From Candidatus Marinacidobacterium sp. (lineage in GTDB: Bacteria > Acidobacteriota > Vicinamibacteria > Marinacidobacterales > Marinacidobacteraceae): 64,000 nt of DNA. Numbering within the stretch: position 1 is the stretch's first letter; each line of letters begins with the position of its first letter. The notes beneath the pieces are model-generated. The model worked only from the letters and a program-made list of their open reading frames with translations, searched no databases and was not told the origin of the DNA. The translations under genes were made by a program, and so were the position numbers. This document shows positions 37,531-47,621 of the stretch, in pieces. The stretch is taken from positions 1,760,001 to 1,824,000 of the forward strand of contig OZ242011.1 of the NCBI GenBank assembly GCA_965204755.1. Reading direction: 5' to 3'.

Positions 37531-38433
37531 ATGAGCGGTCGGCCGCTGGTCGTCGCCAACCCGACCGCTGCCGGGGGCCGGAGCCGGAGCCGCTGGCGCG
37601 AGGCGGCGGAACGCTTCGCGCAGCGCCTCGGCCCTCCCGACCTGGTGTGGACCGACGGGCCGGGACACGCGGAACGGATCGCCCGGCGCGAAGGCGGTTC
37701 CCGGGAGTTGATCGCCGCGTTCGGCGGAGACGGGACGGCGTCGGAAGTGGCCCGGGGGATCGCCGAGTCCGGCGGGAGCGCGCACTTCGGGGTCCTCCCC
37801 TGCGGGACCGGGAACGACTTCGCCGCCGCGGCGGGCATTCCCTCCCGGCTGTCCGAAGCGGTGGACCTCCTCGCCGACGCCGAGGCCCGGCGCACCGACC
37901 TGGGGGCGCTCCGGCTGGACGGCGGGGCGCCCCGGCGCTTCCTGAACAGTTGCTCGCTGGGGCTGGCCGCCGCCGTGGTCGAGCGAACCGCCTCCGGGTC
38001 GAAGCGGGCCGGAAAGGCGGCCTACGCCTTGGCGGCGGCGCGGGAAATCGTCGCCTTCGCCCCGCGGGTGGTCTTCCTCTCGCTGGACGAGGGGCCGGAG
38101 CGGCCGCGCCTGGTGCTGAACCTGTCCGTGCTGAACGCGCGGCGGTTCGGCGGCGGCATCCCGCTCGCGCCGGCGGCGGACCCCGGGGACGGGCGCCTGG
38201 ACGCGGTGGTCATCGGTCCGCTGCGGCTGGCGATCCTCCCGGACACCATCCTGCGGCTGGTCCGCGGCGTCCACTTCACCCGCCGGGAACTCGACCACCA
38301 CCCGGTCGAAGCGCTCGCGGCGCGCTGGGAGGGAGGCCCGGCCGCCCTGGAGGTGGACGGCGAACCGCTCCGGGCGGAAGAGCGGCTCGAAGTCCGGATC
38401 GCCCCCGGAGCGCTGGCGTTCCGCCGCCCCTGA
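37531..38433 (+). CDS. Diacylglycerol/lipid kinase (YegS/BmrU family)
   Basis: NPTAAGG, GGDGT, PCGTGNDFA, FGGG, DGRLD, EVDGE. Confidence 0.9.
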   Translation: MSGRPLVVANPTAAGGRSRSRWREAAERFAQRLGPPDLVWTDGPGHAERIARREGGSRELIAAFGGDGTASEVARGIAESGGSAHFGVLPCGTGNDFAAAAGIPSRLSEAVDLLADAEARRTDLGALRLDGGAPRRFLNSCSLGLAAAVVERTASGSKRAGKAAYALAAAREIVAFAPRVVFLSLDEGPERPRLVLNLSVLNARRFGGGIPLAPAADPGDGRLDAVVIGPLRLAILPDTILRLVRGVHFTRRELDHHPVEALAARWEGGPAALEVDGEPLRAEERLEVRIAPGALAFRRP

Positions 38434-38442
38434 GTCCGGCGG

Positions 38443-39438
38443 TTACCGCCGCTCGAGCCAGCGGACGGTGTCGCGGAGCGTCTCCCGTCCGTCGCGGGGG
38501 GCGTGGCCGAGTTCCCGCGCGGCCTTGTCCGAGCGGAAGTGCCACCAGCAGCCGGCCATCTCCCGGCTGATCCGGTCCACCGCCGGTTCCCGCCCGAACT
38601 GGCGCGCCAACTCCTCGGAGACCTGCCCGCCCGCGGTGTAGACGCGTTTCGGGAGCGAGAGGCGCGGCCCCCGGACGCCGGAGACCTCGGCGAGAACCTC
38701 GAAGAACTCGCCGAACGACCAATTCTCGCCGCCGAGCAGGTACTTCTCCCCGGCCCGGCCCTTCTCCATCGCCGCCACCGTGGAAGCGGCGGCGTCCCGC
38801 ACATCCACGAAGTTGAGGCCCCCCGGGGGGACGACCCGGATCTGTCCGGCGAGGAAACGGAGGACATCGCCGGTGGAGGAGAGCCGCCGGTCGCCGGGCC
38901 CGAGCAGCAGCGACGGGTGGACGGTGACGACTTCCACCTCGCCGGCGGCCCCCCGGAGCGCCTGCTCCTGGAGCCACTTGCTCCGGTAGTAGGGCCAACT
39001 CCCGATCAGGCGGATCGGCGGCGGAGCGTCCTCGGCGGTGTCCGGCTCCGGCTCCTCGCTGACCGCGATCGTCCCGCTGGTCGAGACCAGGACGATGCGC
39101 CGGACCCCGGCCTCGCGGGCCGCCGCGGCCAGGCGCCGCGTCCCGTCCACATGGACCCGGCGGAGCGCCTCGGCGTCGTCCGGGTCGCGGGAGACGCGGC
39201 CAGCCAGGTGGAAGACCTGCCGGACGCCGGACAGCGCGGCGGCCACGGACTCCGGAGACTCCAGGTCGCCGGTGACGACTTCGACTTCCGGGGGAAGCGG
39301 CGGGTCGGGCGCCGCCGAGCGCGTCAGCGCGCGCACCGGCGCCTCGCGTTCGAGCAGGAGGGGAGTGACCCGGCTCCCGAGGAAGCCGGTCGCCCCGGTT
39401 ACCAGGACCGGGGAGGAGGGGCGGTGTCGTCTCGCCAC
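38443..39438 (-). CDS. NAD-dependent epimerase/dehydratase (ElbE-like)
   Basis: TGATGFLG, HLAG, YYRSK, FVDVRD; directly downstream of elbD. Confidence 0.85.
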   Translation of the reverse strand: MARRHRPSSPVLVTGATGFLGSRVTPLLLEREAPVRALTRSAAPDPPLPPEVEVVTGDLESPESVAAALSGVRQVFHLAGRVSRDPDDAEALRRVHVDGTRRLAAAAREAGVRRIVLVSTSGTIAVSEEPEPDTAEDAPPPIRLIGSWPYYRSKWLQEQALRGAAGEVEVVTVHPSLLLGPGDRRLSSTGDVLRFLAGQIRVVPPGGLNFVDVRDAAASTVAAMEKGRAGEKYLLGGENWSFGEFFEVLAEVSGVRGPRLSLPKRVYTAGGQVSEELARQFGREPAVDRISREMAGCWWHFRSDKAARELGHAPRDGRETLRDTVRWLERR

Positions 39439-39489
39439 GGAGCCCCCGCCTGCGCCCTGCCCTCGCAGCGAATCGGGTCGGCGGCGCGC

Positions 39490-42400
39490 TCAGCCCGCGA
39501 GGGCCGCGCCCACCGGCGTCTCTTCCGCCGTCTTCCGGGGCGGATCGTCGCCCGCCGACGGCGGCGGTTCTCCGGGGCTGCCGGCCACGAGCCGGTCGGC
39601 GATCTCCTCCACCCGGACGCGTTCGCCGCGCCCCAGGCGCTCCACGATCTCCTGGGTCAGCGCCGCCACCCGCTGCTCGCCGGCGGCGCTCCGGGCGCCG
39701 CCGCGGGCCGCGAACTCGGTGAGGAACTCGGGGGAGAGGAACGGGCCGATGCGCGCCGCCACCCGGCGCGACCGGAGGCTCACCGCCCCCGGCGGGAACG
39801 CGTTCCAGGTGTCGAGGTGCACCGGGAGGACCCCCACCCGGCAACGGAACGCCAGGTGCGCGAACCCCCGCCGGAACGGCTGGATCGCCCCGGTGCGCGA
39901 CCGGGTGCCCTCCGGGAAGACCAGCACGCTGTGCCCCTCGCGGAGGTAGCGGGCCGCCAAGTCGAGCGACCCCCGGAGCGAGCCGCGCCGCTCCATCGGC
40001 ACCAGGTTCGTGAAGTTGCCGAAGAAGGCGCGCTTCACCCGGTTGTCGAAGAAGTAGTCGGCGGCGGCGAGCGCGATCAGGTTCCCGCCGGCGTCGCCGA
40101 GCGCCATCTTCACGAGCCCCATGTCCAGGTGCGACGAGTGGTTCGCCACCACCAGGCAGTGGGTGTGGCGGGGGATGTGCGCCCGGCCGGTGAAGGTGGG
40201 GTCGAGCACCCGGTAGTAGAACCAGCGCTGCACCTCGGTGAGGCTCCGGCGCCCGGCCTTCGCCACCGCCGCCGGGATCTCGATCTCCTCCCGCTCCCGC
40301 TCCGGCGCCCGGCTCGCGCGCTTCGCGGCGGCGGGCCGACCGGAACGGCGGGCCGTCCGCAGCGCCCCGGCCAGGTCGCCGACGGTCGCGAAGTTGGCGA
40401 GCGACTCGGGCGCCGCCGCTTCGCCGAATTCGCTCTCCAGCGCCGCCGAGAGTTCGTTGTACATCAGGCTGTCGAAGCCGAGTTCGGCGAAGGAGGACGC
40501 CGGCCGCACCTCCGCGGCCGGCCGCTCGCAGATCCCCGCCACGAGTTCCAGCAGGCGGTCCTGCGAGGCCCCCTCCTCCTCCGAGGTCTCCGCTGCCTTC
40601 CGGCGGCGGCCCTCCAGCCACTTCAGGAGTTCGCCCCGCTTCACCTTGCGGGTGGTCGTCCGGGGCAGCGCCTCGTCCCGGAACTCGACGGTCTTGATGC
40701 GCTTGAACAGCGGCAGCCCCGCGGACACCTCGCGCAGGTGGGCCTCGACTCTCGCCCGGCCGGCGTCGGTGCGCTCCTTCGGCACCACGACCGCGGCGAC
40801 CTGTTCCGCCGCGCCGTCGGGCAGCCCCACCACCGCCATCTCCGCGATGAGCGACTCCTCGGCGTAGGTCTCCTCCACTTCCTCGGGGTAGATGTTGCGG
40901 CCGCCCCGGTCCACGATGACTTCCTTCCGCCGCCCCACCAGGAACAGGTTCCCGTCGGCGTCCAGCCGGCCGAGGTCGCCGGTGTGGAGCCAGCCGTCCA
41001 CGAGCGTCTCGGCCGTCGCCTGTTCGTTGCCGTAGTAACCGGCCATCACATTCGGCCCCCGGGCGACGACTTCCCCCACGCCGGCGGCGTCCGGCTCGGC
41101 GATCCGGATCTCGATGCCGGTCAGCGCCCGCCCGACGCTGCCCGCCGGCGTCCGTTCGCCGGGGCGGGTGACCGTGAGCACCGGCGCCGCCTCGGTCAGC
41201 CCGTACCCCTGCGCCAAGTGGAATCCCAGGCCGCTGAAGGTCTTCCAGGTCGCCTCGGAGAGCGCCGAGGCGCCGCTGATCAGGTAGCGGAGCCGGCCGC
41301 CGAGGGCGGCGTGCACCGGGAAGAAGACCGCCGGACCCAGGTTCACCCCGGTGTCTTCGCGCAGCAGGTGCGCCGCGTCGAGCAGCGCGGTGACCAGGTC
41401 CTCGACCCGCTTTCCCCGCTCGGCGAAGGGCGCGATGATCCGCCGCTTCAGCAGGTCCCACAGCGCCGGGACGCCGACGATGCAGGTGATGCGCCCCTTG
41501 CCCAGTTCGCGGTTGATCGCTTCCGGGCTGATCTCGTCGAGGTAGGTGATTTCCGCTCCCCGCGACAGCGGCAGCAGGAAACCGGTGGTGAATTCGAAGG
41601 AATGGTGCAGCGGGAGGATGCTGAGCGCGCCGTCGCTCGAGCCGATGTCGTAGATGGACACCAGTTTGGCGACCAGACTGGTGAAGTTGCGGTGGGACAG
41701 CATCACGCCCTTCGGGGTTCCGGTCGTTCCCGAGGTGAACAGGATGGACGCCAGGGAACTCGGCGCCCCCGGCCCGGGAAGCGCCGCCGCCGCTTCCGCC
41801 TCCGCTTCGGCGTCCCCGATCTCGAACACTTCGGCGAACGAGCGGATCTCGAACGGGGGCGCTCCGCGACCCTCGCCGAGTTTCTTCCCGGCGGTCCGGA
41901 AGAGGGCATCGCTCAGGAGCAGCGCCTTCGCGTCACCGAGGCGGAGGACGCGGAGGATCTCCTTCGGCCGCAGGTCGCGGTCGAGCGGAATCGCCGTCGC
42001 CCCGATCCGCTGGACGGCGAAGTACGCCATGCCCCATTCCGGGGAGTTCTCGCCGATCAGGCCGATATGGTCGCCGGCGCCGTAGCCGAGTTTCGCGAGG
42101 AACACCGCGCCTCGCTCCACGCATTCGCGCAACTCCGCGTAGGTGTACCGCTCTTCGCGGCCGTTCCGGGTGATGCGCATGGCCACCCGGCCGGCATGGT
42201 TCTTGGTGCAGGCCTCGAACAGTTCGCCGAGCGTGCGGTAGGCGTACGCCTTCCGGGTCCGGGCCCGCTGCCGGGCTTGGTCCTCGAGGGCCGGGAAGAC
42301 GAACCGCTCGAGCCCGGGCAGGTGGACATGGAGCCAGTAGTGGTACCAGTCCAAGTCTTCCGGACGGAAGAAGAGTTTGTCCTCGTTCCCGTCCAGCCGG

Positions 42401-44007
42401 GAGAACAGGTCGCGGGTGTTGTCGGCGCGGAAGACGAACCGCTCCCCGGCGATGAACGGTTTGAAGGTATGGAATTGCCGCTCGCTCTCTTCCACGAAGT
42501 CGGAGAAGACTTCGGTCTTGCCGCGCAGCGATTCCGCCATCGCGGCCAGCGGCCCGAGCGGTTGCTCCCGGACGCTGTCGAGCGCGTCCGCGAGGCCGGA
42601 GGCCGACTTCTTCATCCAGTGGAGCGCGTACTTCTCGAAGTGCTCGGCGGAGATGACATGCGTCTCCATCCGCCCGAGCGCTTCGTTCCAGAGTTTCAGC
42701 CCGGTCGGCTTCTTCTGGAAGTGCCGCCGCTTGAACAGGCCGACCAGGTCCACCACGCGCCCCACCCGCACCGGGTTCCGGTCCCCGCCGGCGACCTGGT
42801 ACACCAAGTTCGGTTCGGTCACCAGCGTCTCGGCGGCCACGGCCAGCGTCGCCGAAGCCACCATGTCCACCGGCACCACATCCAGGATCAGGTCCGGATC
42901 GATGGGAAACAGGTTCTGGCCGCGAAGCGCCATCCGCACCAGCGGGGCGCTGGTGGTGAAGCCCTCGTTCCATCCCTCCACCGGGAACGAGACCGCGCTC
43001 TCCACGATCGCCGGACGGACGATCGCGCGGGCGATGCCTTCGGCTTCCGCCACCAGTTGGTCGCCGAGGCTCTTGGTATAGGTATAGATGTTGGGCCATC
43101 CCCAGCCGGCGGCCTTCTCCATGCCGAGGTCGCGGAGCCGGGTGCGGATCCAGTCCTTCCTCTCCCGGGCGATGGCGAGCGAGAGCGACCGGTCGTCGTC
43201 GGGGTCGCGCCCCTCTTCCACGAAGCGGCGGCGGGCCGCTTCCCGGAACGCGTCCACCCGCGACTTGTCTTCCGCTTCGTCGCGCACCCGTTCGGCCAGC
43301 CGCTCGCAGTCCTCGATCTCGCGCGCCACCCGGAACTCCTGGTCGTCCCGGTCGCGGCGCGGGAAGTACCCGATGAGCGGTTCGTCCTCGCGGATCTCCC
43401 CGGCGCGGTTCCCGGCGACGAAACAGGTGCTGGTATGGACGACGGCCGGCCGCTTCATCCGCCGGGCGAACGCCAGGATGTTCCGCGTGCCGTGCACATT
43501 GGTGGAGATCGAGGCTTCGAGCGGCGGGTTGAAGGAGACGCGCCCGGAGCAGTTCAGGATGAGGTCGATGTCCGCCGCGATCTCGCGTGCCCTTTCTTCG
43601 GGGTATCCGAGGTTCTCCCGGGTGATGTCCCCGCCGAGCACGGTGATCTTCTCCTCCACGAATTCCCGGAGGCCGCCGCCCCGGCGTTTCCTCAGCACTT
43701 CGAACGCCGGGGAGTTCTGCAGGATGTCCTCGAACCGGGTCCGGCTCTCGGATTCCTTCGGCGCCCGCACCATGAGGTAGATGCGGCGGACCTGCGGAAA
43801 GAACTCGAGCAGCATTCCCAGGCAGACCTTGCCGAGGAACCCGGTCCCGCCGAGCAGCAGGACGGCTTTGCCGGCGAACGCTTCGTCCACCGGGATCCGC
43901 GGCCGGCCGCGCTCCGCCGGCGCGGGCGGCCGCCGCTCCCGGTCCTCCTCCTTCCCGGCCCGGCGGCTCGGCGCGGCCGCCCCGCGTTTCGACGAGCCGC
44001 CGCTCAT
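39490..44007 (-). CDS. elbD: ElbD-like multidomain enzyme: fatty acyl reductase - adenylation - carrier protein - acyltransferase
   Basis: GGTGFLGK and YTYTK (FAR); FTSGTTGTPKG, GYGLTE, TGDLG (A); LGFDSL (T); NHSSHLD, FPEGTRS (PlsC). Confidence 0.88.
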   Translation of the reverse strand: MSGGSSKRGAAAPSRRAGKEEDRERRPPAPAERGRPRIPVDEAFAGKAVLLLGGTGFLGKVCLGMLLEFFPQVRRIYLMVRAPKESESRTRFEDILQNSPAFEVLRKRRGGGLREFVEEKITVLGGDITRENLGYPEERAREIAADIDLILNCSGRVSFNPPLEASISTNVHGTRNILAFARRMKRPAVVHTSTCFVAGNRAGEIREDEPLIGYFPRRDRDDQEFRVAREIEDCERLAERVRDEAEDKSRVDAFREAARRRFVEEGRDPDDDRSLSLAIARERKDWIRTRLRDLGMEKAAGWGWPNIYTYTKSLGDQLVAEAEGIARAIVRPAIVESAVSFPVEGWNEGFTTSAPLVRMALRGQNLFPIDPDLILDVVPVDMVASATLAVAAETLVTEPNLVYQVAGGDRNPVRVGRVVDLVGLFKRRHFQKKPTGLKLWNEALGRMETHVISAEHFEKYALHWMKKSASGLADALDSVREQPLGPLAAMAESLRGKTEVFSDFVEESERQFHTFKPFIAGERFVFRADNTRDLFSRLDGNEDKLFFRPEDLDWYHYWLHVHLPGLERFVFPALEDQARQRARTRKAYAYRTLGELFEACTKNHAGRVAMRITRNGREERYTYAELRECVERGAVFLAKLGYGAGDHIGLIGENSPEWGMAYFAVQRIGATAIPLDRDLRPKEILRVLRLGDAKALLLSDALFRTAGKKLGEGRGAPPFEIRSFAEVFEIGDAEAEAEAAAALPGPGAPSSLASILFTSGTTGTPKGVMLSHRNFTSLVAKLVSIYDIGSSDGALSILPLHHSFEFTTGFLLPLSRGAEITYLDEISPEAINRELGKGRITCIVGVPALWDLLKRRIIAPFAERGKRVEDLVTALLDAAHLLREDTGVNLGPAVFFPVHAALGGRLRYLISGASALSEATWKTFSGLGFHLAQGYGLTEAAPVLTVTRPGERTPAGSVGRALTGIEIRIAEPDAAGVGEVVARGPNVMAGYYGNEQATAETLVDGWLHTGDLGRLDADGNLFLVGRRKEVIVDRGGRNIYPEEVEETYAEESLIAEMAVVGLPDGAAEQVAAVVVPKERTDAGRARVEAHLREVSAGLPLFKRIKTVEFRDEALPRTTTRKVKRGELLKWLEGRRRKAAETSEEEGASQDRLLELVAGICERPAAEVRPASSFAELGFDSLMYNELSAALESEFGEAAAPESLANFATVGDLAGALRTARRSGRPAAAKRASRAPEREREEIEIPAAVAKAGRRSLTEVQRWFYYRVLDPTFTGRAHIPRHTHCLVVANHSSHLDMGLVKMALGDAGGNLIALAAADYFFDNRVKRAFFGNFTNLVPMERRGSLRGSLDLAARYLREGHSVLVFPEGTRSRTGAIQPFRRGFAHLAFRCRVGVLPVHLDTWNAFPPGAVSLRSRRVAARIGPFLSPEFLTEFAARGGARSAAGEQRVAALTQEIVERLGRGERVRVEEIADRLVAGSPGEPPPSAGDDPPRKTAEETPVGAALAG

Positions 44008-44014
44008 CGGCAGT

Positions 44015-45613
44015 TCAGGTGACCTCGGGAATCATGATCGGCGGCACATGGATCATGGTTACCTCCGCCGACGGCCCGAGATCGCTCCGGGCCATGGCGA
44101 TGGCCTCGGAGACCGTGTCGGCGGTTTCCCAGCCGAGGATCTCCGGCACATGCCGGTTCTTCGCGCCGGCGACGATGATGCGCCCGACATGTTCGCGGCC
44201 GTTCTCCCCCCAGTACCACATGAAGAACGGATGCGCGCCGTGGTACGCGTTGCCGTCCCGATACATCTGGACATAGGAGGGGTTGTTCGCGAACTCCTCT
44301 TCGTACTTCTCGCGCAGCACGAACGGGTCGCGGCTCTCCGGCAGCAGCCGGTGGAAGAACTCGATGTAACTCGGGTGGAACTCCGGGTCGAACTCGTCGT
44401 GGCAGGGGTGCGTGAGGATCAGCGCGCCGCCCCGCTTGACCAGCGGCTTGCCCCGGTAGAGGTTGAACAGGTACCCCGGCCCCATCACTTGGACGAGGAG
44501 CGGGTTCAGGATCGAGTTCACATTGTAGGGAGAGATGTAGGGAATGCCGCAGAGCAGGATGTCGCACTGCCCCTTCACCGGGACGGCGTACTGCTCGAAG
44601 GAGCGCTCCAGCGTCCGGTCGTGGACTTCCTCGGTGCGGCCGGCGTAACAGCCGATGAGTTCGAACGCCCCGGGTATCCGGTGGAGGAACGCCCGCTTCG
44701 CCGCGCCGGGCAGCCGGCCGAGCGACCACCGGGTGGCGCGCATCTTCATCCGGTCGAGATCGCCGAAGTCGTCCTCGTTCTTCGCGAGGAACGACAGCGA
44801 GTCCGCGTACATCCGGTTGTTCAGGACGGTCTCCACATGGAACACATTCAGGTGGCGGTCCACGATCTTCCCCATCCGGTCCACCTTGCGGCCGAGCGCC
44901 GACCGCTCCGGATCCATGTAGCCGTCCGAGTCCCGGATCGTCTGCGGCTCGTGGTGCGGCCGCAGGCTGGGGTAGTCGCAAAGACCGACGGTCACCGACT
45001 TGTGGCCGCCGTCCATCGGCACCAGGTTGATGTTCAGGTAGATGATGAGATCGGACTCCGCCGCGCGGCGGTTCACGCGGACCGGTTCGCCGTGCCGGGT
45101 CTTGCCGAGGGCCACCATGCCGTCGGGGTCTTCGGCGTCGTGGTTGTAGTAGCGCGACGGATGGAATGCCTTGTGGATCTCCGCACCGACCATCCGGCGC
45201 ATCTCCGGTTCGGTCATCTTCCGGTGGAGCGAGTTGGCGATCACCAGGTGGACATCGTCCACCGCGTGGTCGGTCAGCATTTCCAGGACGACTTCGAGCG
45301 CGGTCTGGCGGATGTCCGGCGTCGCCATCGGCGGCAGCGGCAGGCTGATGTCGTCGAGCGCGATGGTCACGCTCATGCCCGGACGGAGTTGGCTGTGGAG
45401 CGGGTCGCAGCCGAGGGGATGGTTCAGCGCGTGCCGGATGGCGCCGCGGGGGTTGGGCAGCCCGCGGATCGGCGGCGGCGGGTACACCACCCGCGTCCCG
45501 ACCGGGAGGCGCTCCTCGAGGAAGTCTTCCCCGTAGTGGAGGATCCGGGGCGCGGAGTCCTTCTCGATGAAGACGATGCCCGGGTCGGGACGGTCGCGGA
45601 GTTCCGGGCTCAT
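44015..45613 (-). CDS. LarA/DUF2088-like protein (ElbC-like)
   Basis: [36 protein letters not shown]. Confidence 0.8.
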   Translation of the reverse strand: MSPELRDRPDPGIVFIEKDSAPRILHYGEDFLEERLPVGTRVVYPPPPIRGLPNPRGAIRHALNHPLGCDPLHSQLRPGMSVTIALDDISLPLPPMATPDIRQTALEVVLEMLTDHAVDDVHLVIANSLHRKMTEPEMRRMVGAEIHKAFHPSRYYNHDAEDPDGMVALGKTRHGEPVRVNRRAAESDLIIYLNINLVPMDGGHKSVTVGLCDYPSLRPHHEPQTIRDSDGYMDPERSALGRKVDRMGKIVDRHLNVFHVETVLNNRMYADSLSFLAKNEDDFGDLDRMKMRATRWSLGRLPGAAKRAFLHRIPGAFELIGCYAGRTEEVHDRTLERSFEQYAVPVKGQCDILLCGIPYISPYNVNSILNPLLVQVMGPGYLFNLYRGKPLVKRGGALILTHPCHDEFDPEFHPSYIEFFHRLLPESRDPFVLREKYEEEFANNPSYVQMYRDGNAYHGAHPFFMWYWGENGREHVGRIIVAGAKNRHVPEILGWETADTVSEAIAMARSDLGPSAEVTMIHVPPIMIPEVT

Positions 45614-45635
45614 GGCGCCTCGATCGATCGGTGGT

Positions 45636-46400
45636 TCAGGTTCGCCGCGCGGGATCCGGCCGCCGCTCGGGCCCCGGCGCGGTCCGGCGGAGGTCGATGA
45701 CCGGCCAGTCGTGGCGGCGGGCGGTGCTGCGGAGACGGAGGTCGGGGTTGACCGCGGTGGGATGGCCCACCACGCTCAGCATCGGCAGGTCGGACATGCT
45801 GTCCGCGTAGGCGTAACTGTCGTTCAGCGACAGACGCTCCCGCTCGGCGTATTCCCGGATCCAGAGCGCCTTGCTGGCGCTGGCCAGGACCGGCGGCGAG
45901 AGCCGGCCGGTGGCGCGGCCGTCCACGAACTCCAGGCGGTTCGCCACGAACTCGGTGATTTCGAGTTCCTCCAGCAGCGGCCGGATGGACACTTCGAGCG
46001 CCCCGGTGACCACCACCGGACGGAGCCCGGCCCGGCGCGACTGCGCCACCAGCGTCCGGGCGCCGGCGAAGATGCCGGGGCGGATCACCCGCCGGTGGAG
46101 GTCCTCCGCCAGGTACTGCAGCCGGTCGTAGGACTGTCCCCGGTACCACTGGAAGAAGATGTCGTTGAAGACCTTGCGGCTGTAGCGGTCCGCGGCGAGG
46201 AAGAGGGGGATGCCGGCGACGACCGAAGCCACCGACTTCAGGCTGCGGAGGAGGCCCTGGTCGTTCCGGGCGTAGTAGGCGAACACATGGACCAGGTTGG
46301 TGCGGATCAGCGTCCCGTCGAGGTCGTAGAACGCCGCCGCTCCCCCCGGAACCTGCTCCGGGGGCCGTTTCGAGGGTTCCGTTGCCGCTGCCGCCGCCAT
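45636..46400 (-). CDS. HAD-IB family phosphatase (ElbB-like)
   Basis: [28 protein letters not shown]. Confidence 0.88.
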   Translation of the reverse strand: MAAAAATEPSKRPPEQVPGGAAAFYDLDGTLIRTNLVHVFAYYARNDQGLLRSLKSVASVVAGIPLFLAADRYSRKVFNDIFFQWYRGQSYDRLQYLAEDLHRRVIRPGIFAGARTLVAQSRRAGLRPVVVTGALEVSIRPLLEELEITEFVANRLEFVDGRATGRLSPPVLASASKALWIREYAERERLSLNDSYAYADSMSDLPMLSVVGHPTAVNPDLRLRSTARRHDWPVIDLRRTAPGPERRPDPARRT

Positions 46401-46549
46401 CGCGCCGGATTATCGCCGGAAGCCGCGCTCCGCGGAGCGCCGGCGGCCTTTCCGCGCGGCTCCGGTGGCGTACCATCCCCGGCTCCCCGCCGCTCTTCCC
46501 GCTGCCGCCGCCGGCCCGAATCCCGCCGGCCCGAAAGGACGACCGATTC

Positions 46550-47581
46550 GTGCTCCAGCCGCCTGTGCAGACCGCTCCGCCGGTCCGCCGCGCCGCCATC
46601 ACCGCGGTCGGGAGCCACCTGCCCGACCGGGTCCTCACGAACGCCGACTTCGAGAGGATGGTGGAGACCTCCGACGACTGGATCGTCGCCCGCACCGGCA
46701 TCCGGGAGCGCCGGGTGGTGGAGAAGGGCACCGGGTGTTCGGCGCTCGCCGCCGAGGCGGCGCGAGACGCCCTGCGCCGGCGGGGGATCTCCGCCGACGA
46801 CCTCGACCTGATCGTGGTGGCCACCGTCACCCCCGACATGGCCTTCCCGGCCACCGCCTGCCTGGTGCAGGAGGCCATCGGCGCGACCCGCGCCTGGGGC
46901 TTCGACCTCTCCGCGGCCTGCAGCGGTTTCACCTTCGCGCTGGGCGCGGTGACCCAGTTCATCGCCTCCGGCGCGGCCGACCGGGCGCTGGTCATCGGCG
47001 CCGATGTGATGACCTCGATCACCGACTACCGGGATCGGGCCACCTGCATCCTGTTCGGCGACGCCGCCGGAGCGGTCCTGCTCGAGCCGGCGGAAGACGG
47101 CGAAGGCATCCTGGGCTTCAACAACCAGTTGGACGGCTCCGGCAGCGACCTGCTGCAACTCCCCGCCGGCGGAAGCCTCCGGCCGCCGAGCCGCGAGACC
47201 GTGGACGGCCGGCTCCACTACCTGAAGCAGGAAGGACGGGAGGTCTTCCGGTTCGCGGTGCGCCGCTCCGGGGACGCCGCCCTCGACCTGCTGAAGGAGT
47301 TGGGCGCGACCACCGACGAAGTGGCCTACCTGGTGTGCCACCAGGCGAACGCCCGGATCATCGATGCCATCGCCAGGCGGCTCGGGATGCCGGAGGAGCG
47401 GGTGGTCAAGACGATCCACAAGTTCGGGAACACCACCGCCGCTTCGATCCCCACCGCGCTGCGCGACGCGCTCGACCGCTCGCTCCTCGCCCCGGGCGAC
47501 CTGATCCTGTTCAGTTCCGTCGGCGCCGGCCTCACCGTGGGAACGGCGGCCGTCCGCTGGGGCGGGGAACGAACCGCCTGA
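46550..47581 (+). CDS. fabH: 3-oxoacyl-ACP synthase III
   Basis: [37 protein letters not shown]. Confidence 0.93.
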   Translation: MLQPPVQTAPPVRRAAITAVGSHLPDRVLTNADFERMVETSDDWIVARTGIRERRVVEKGTGCSALAAEAARDALRRRGISADDLDLIVVATVTPDMAFPATACLVQEAIGATRAWGFDLSAACSGFTFALGAVTQFIASGAADRALVIGADVMTSITDYRDRATCILFGDAAGAVLLEPAEDGEGILGFNNQLDGSGSDLLQLPAGGSLRPPSRETVDGRLHYLKQEGREVFRFAVRRSGDAALDLLKELGATTDEVAYLVCHQANARIIDAIARRLGMPEERVVKTIHKFGNTTAASIPTALRDALDRSLLAPGDLILFSSVGAGLTVGTAAVRWGGERTA

Positions 47582-47621
47582 GCCCGGCGGGACCGGCGTC
47601 CCGCCTCCCCGGGCGGCGGAA

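Noticed and set aside
38503-44022. 1839-aa plus-strand ORF and many other long ORFs (e.g. 429..2450, 9731..11977, 31585..34602, 59736..62168)
   Set aside because: Antisense or off-frame shadows of recognisable genes; high GC suppresses stops and the translations carry no motifs.
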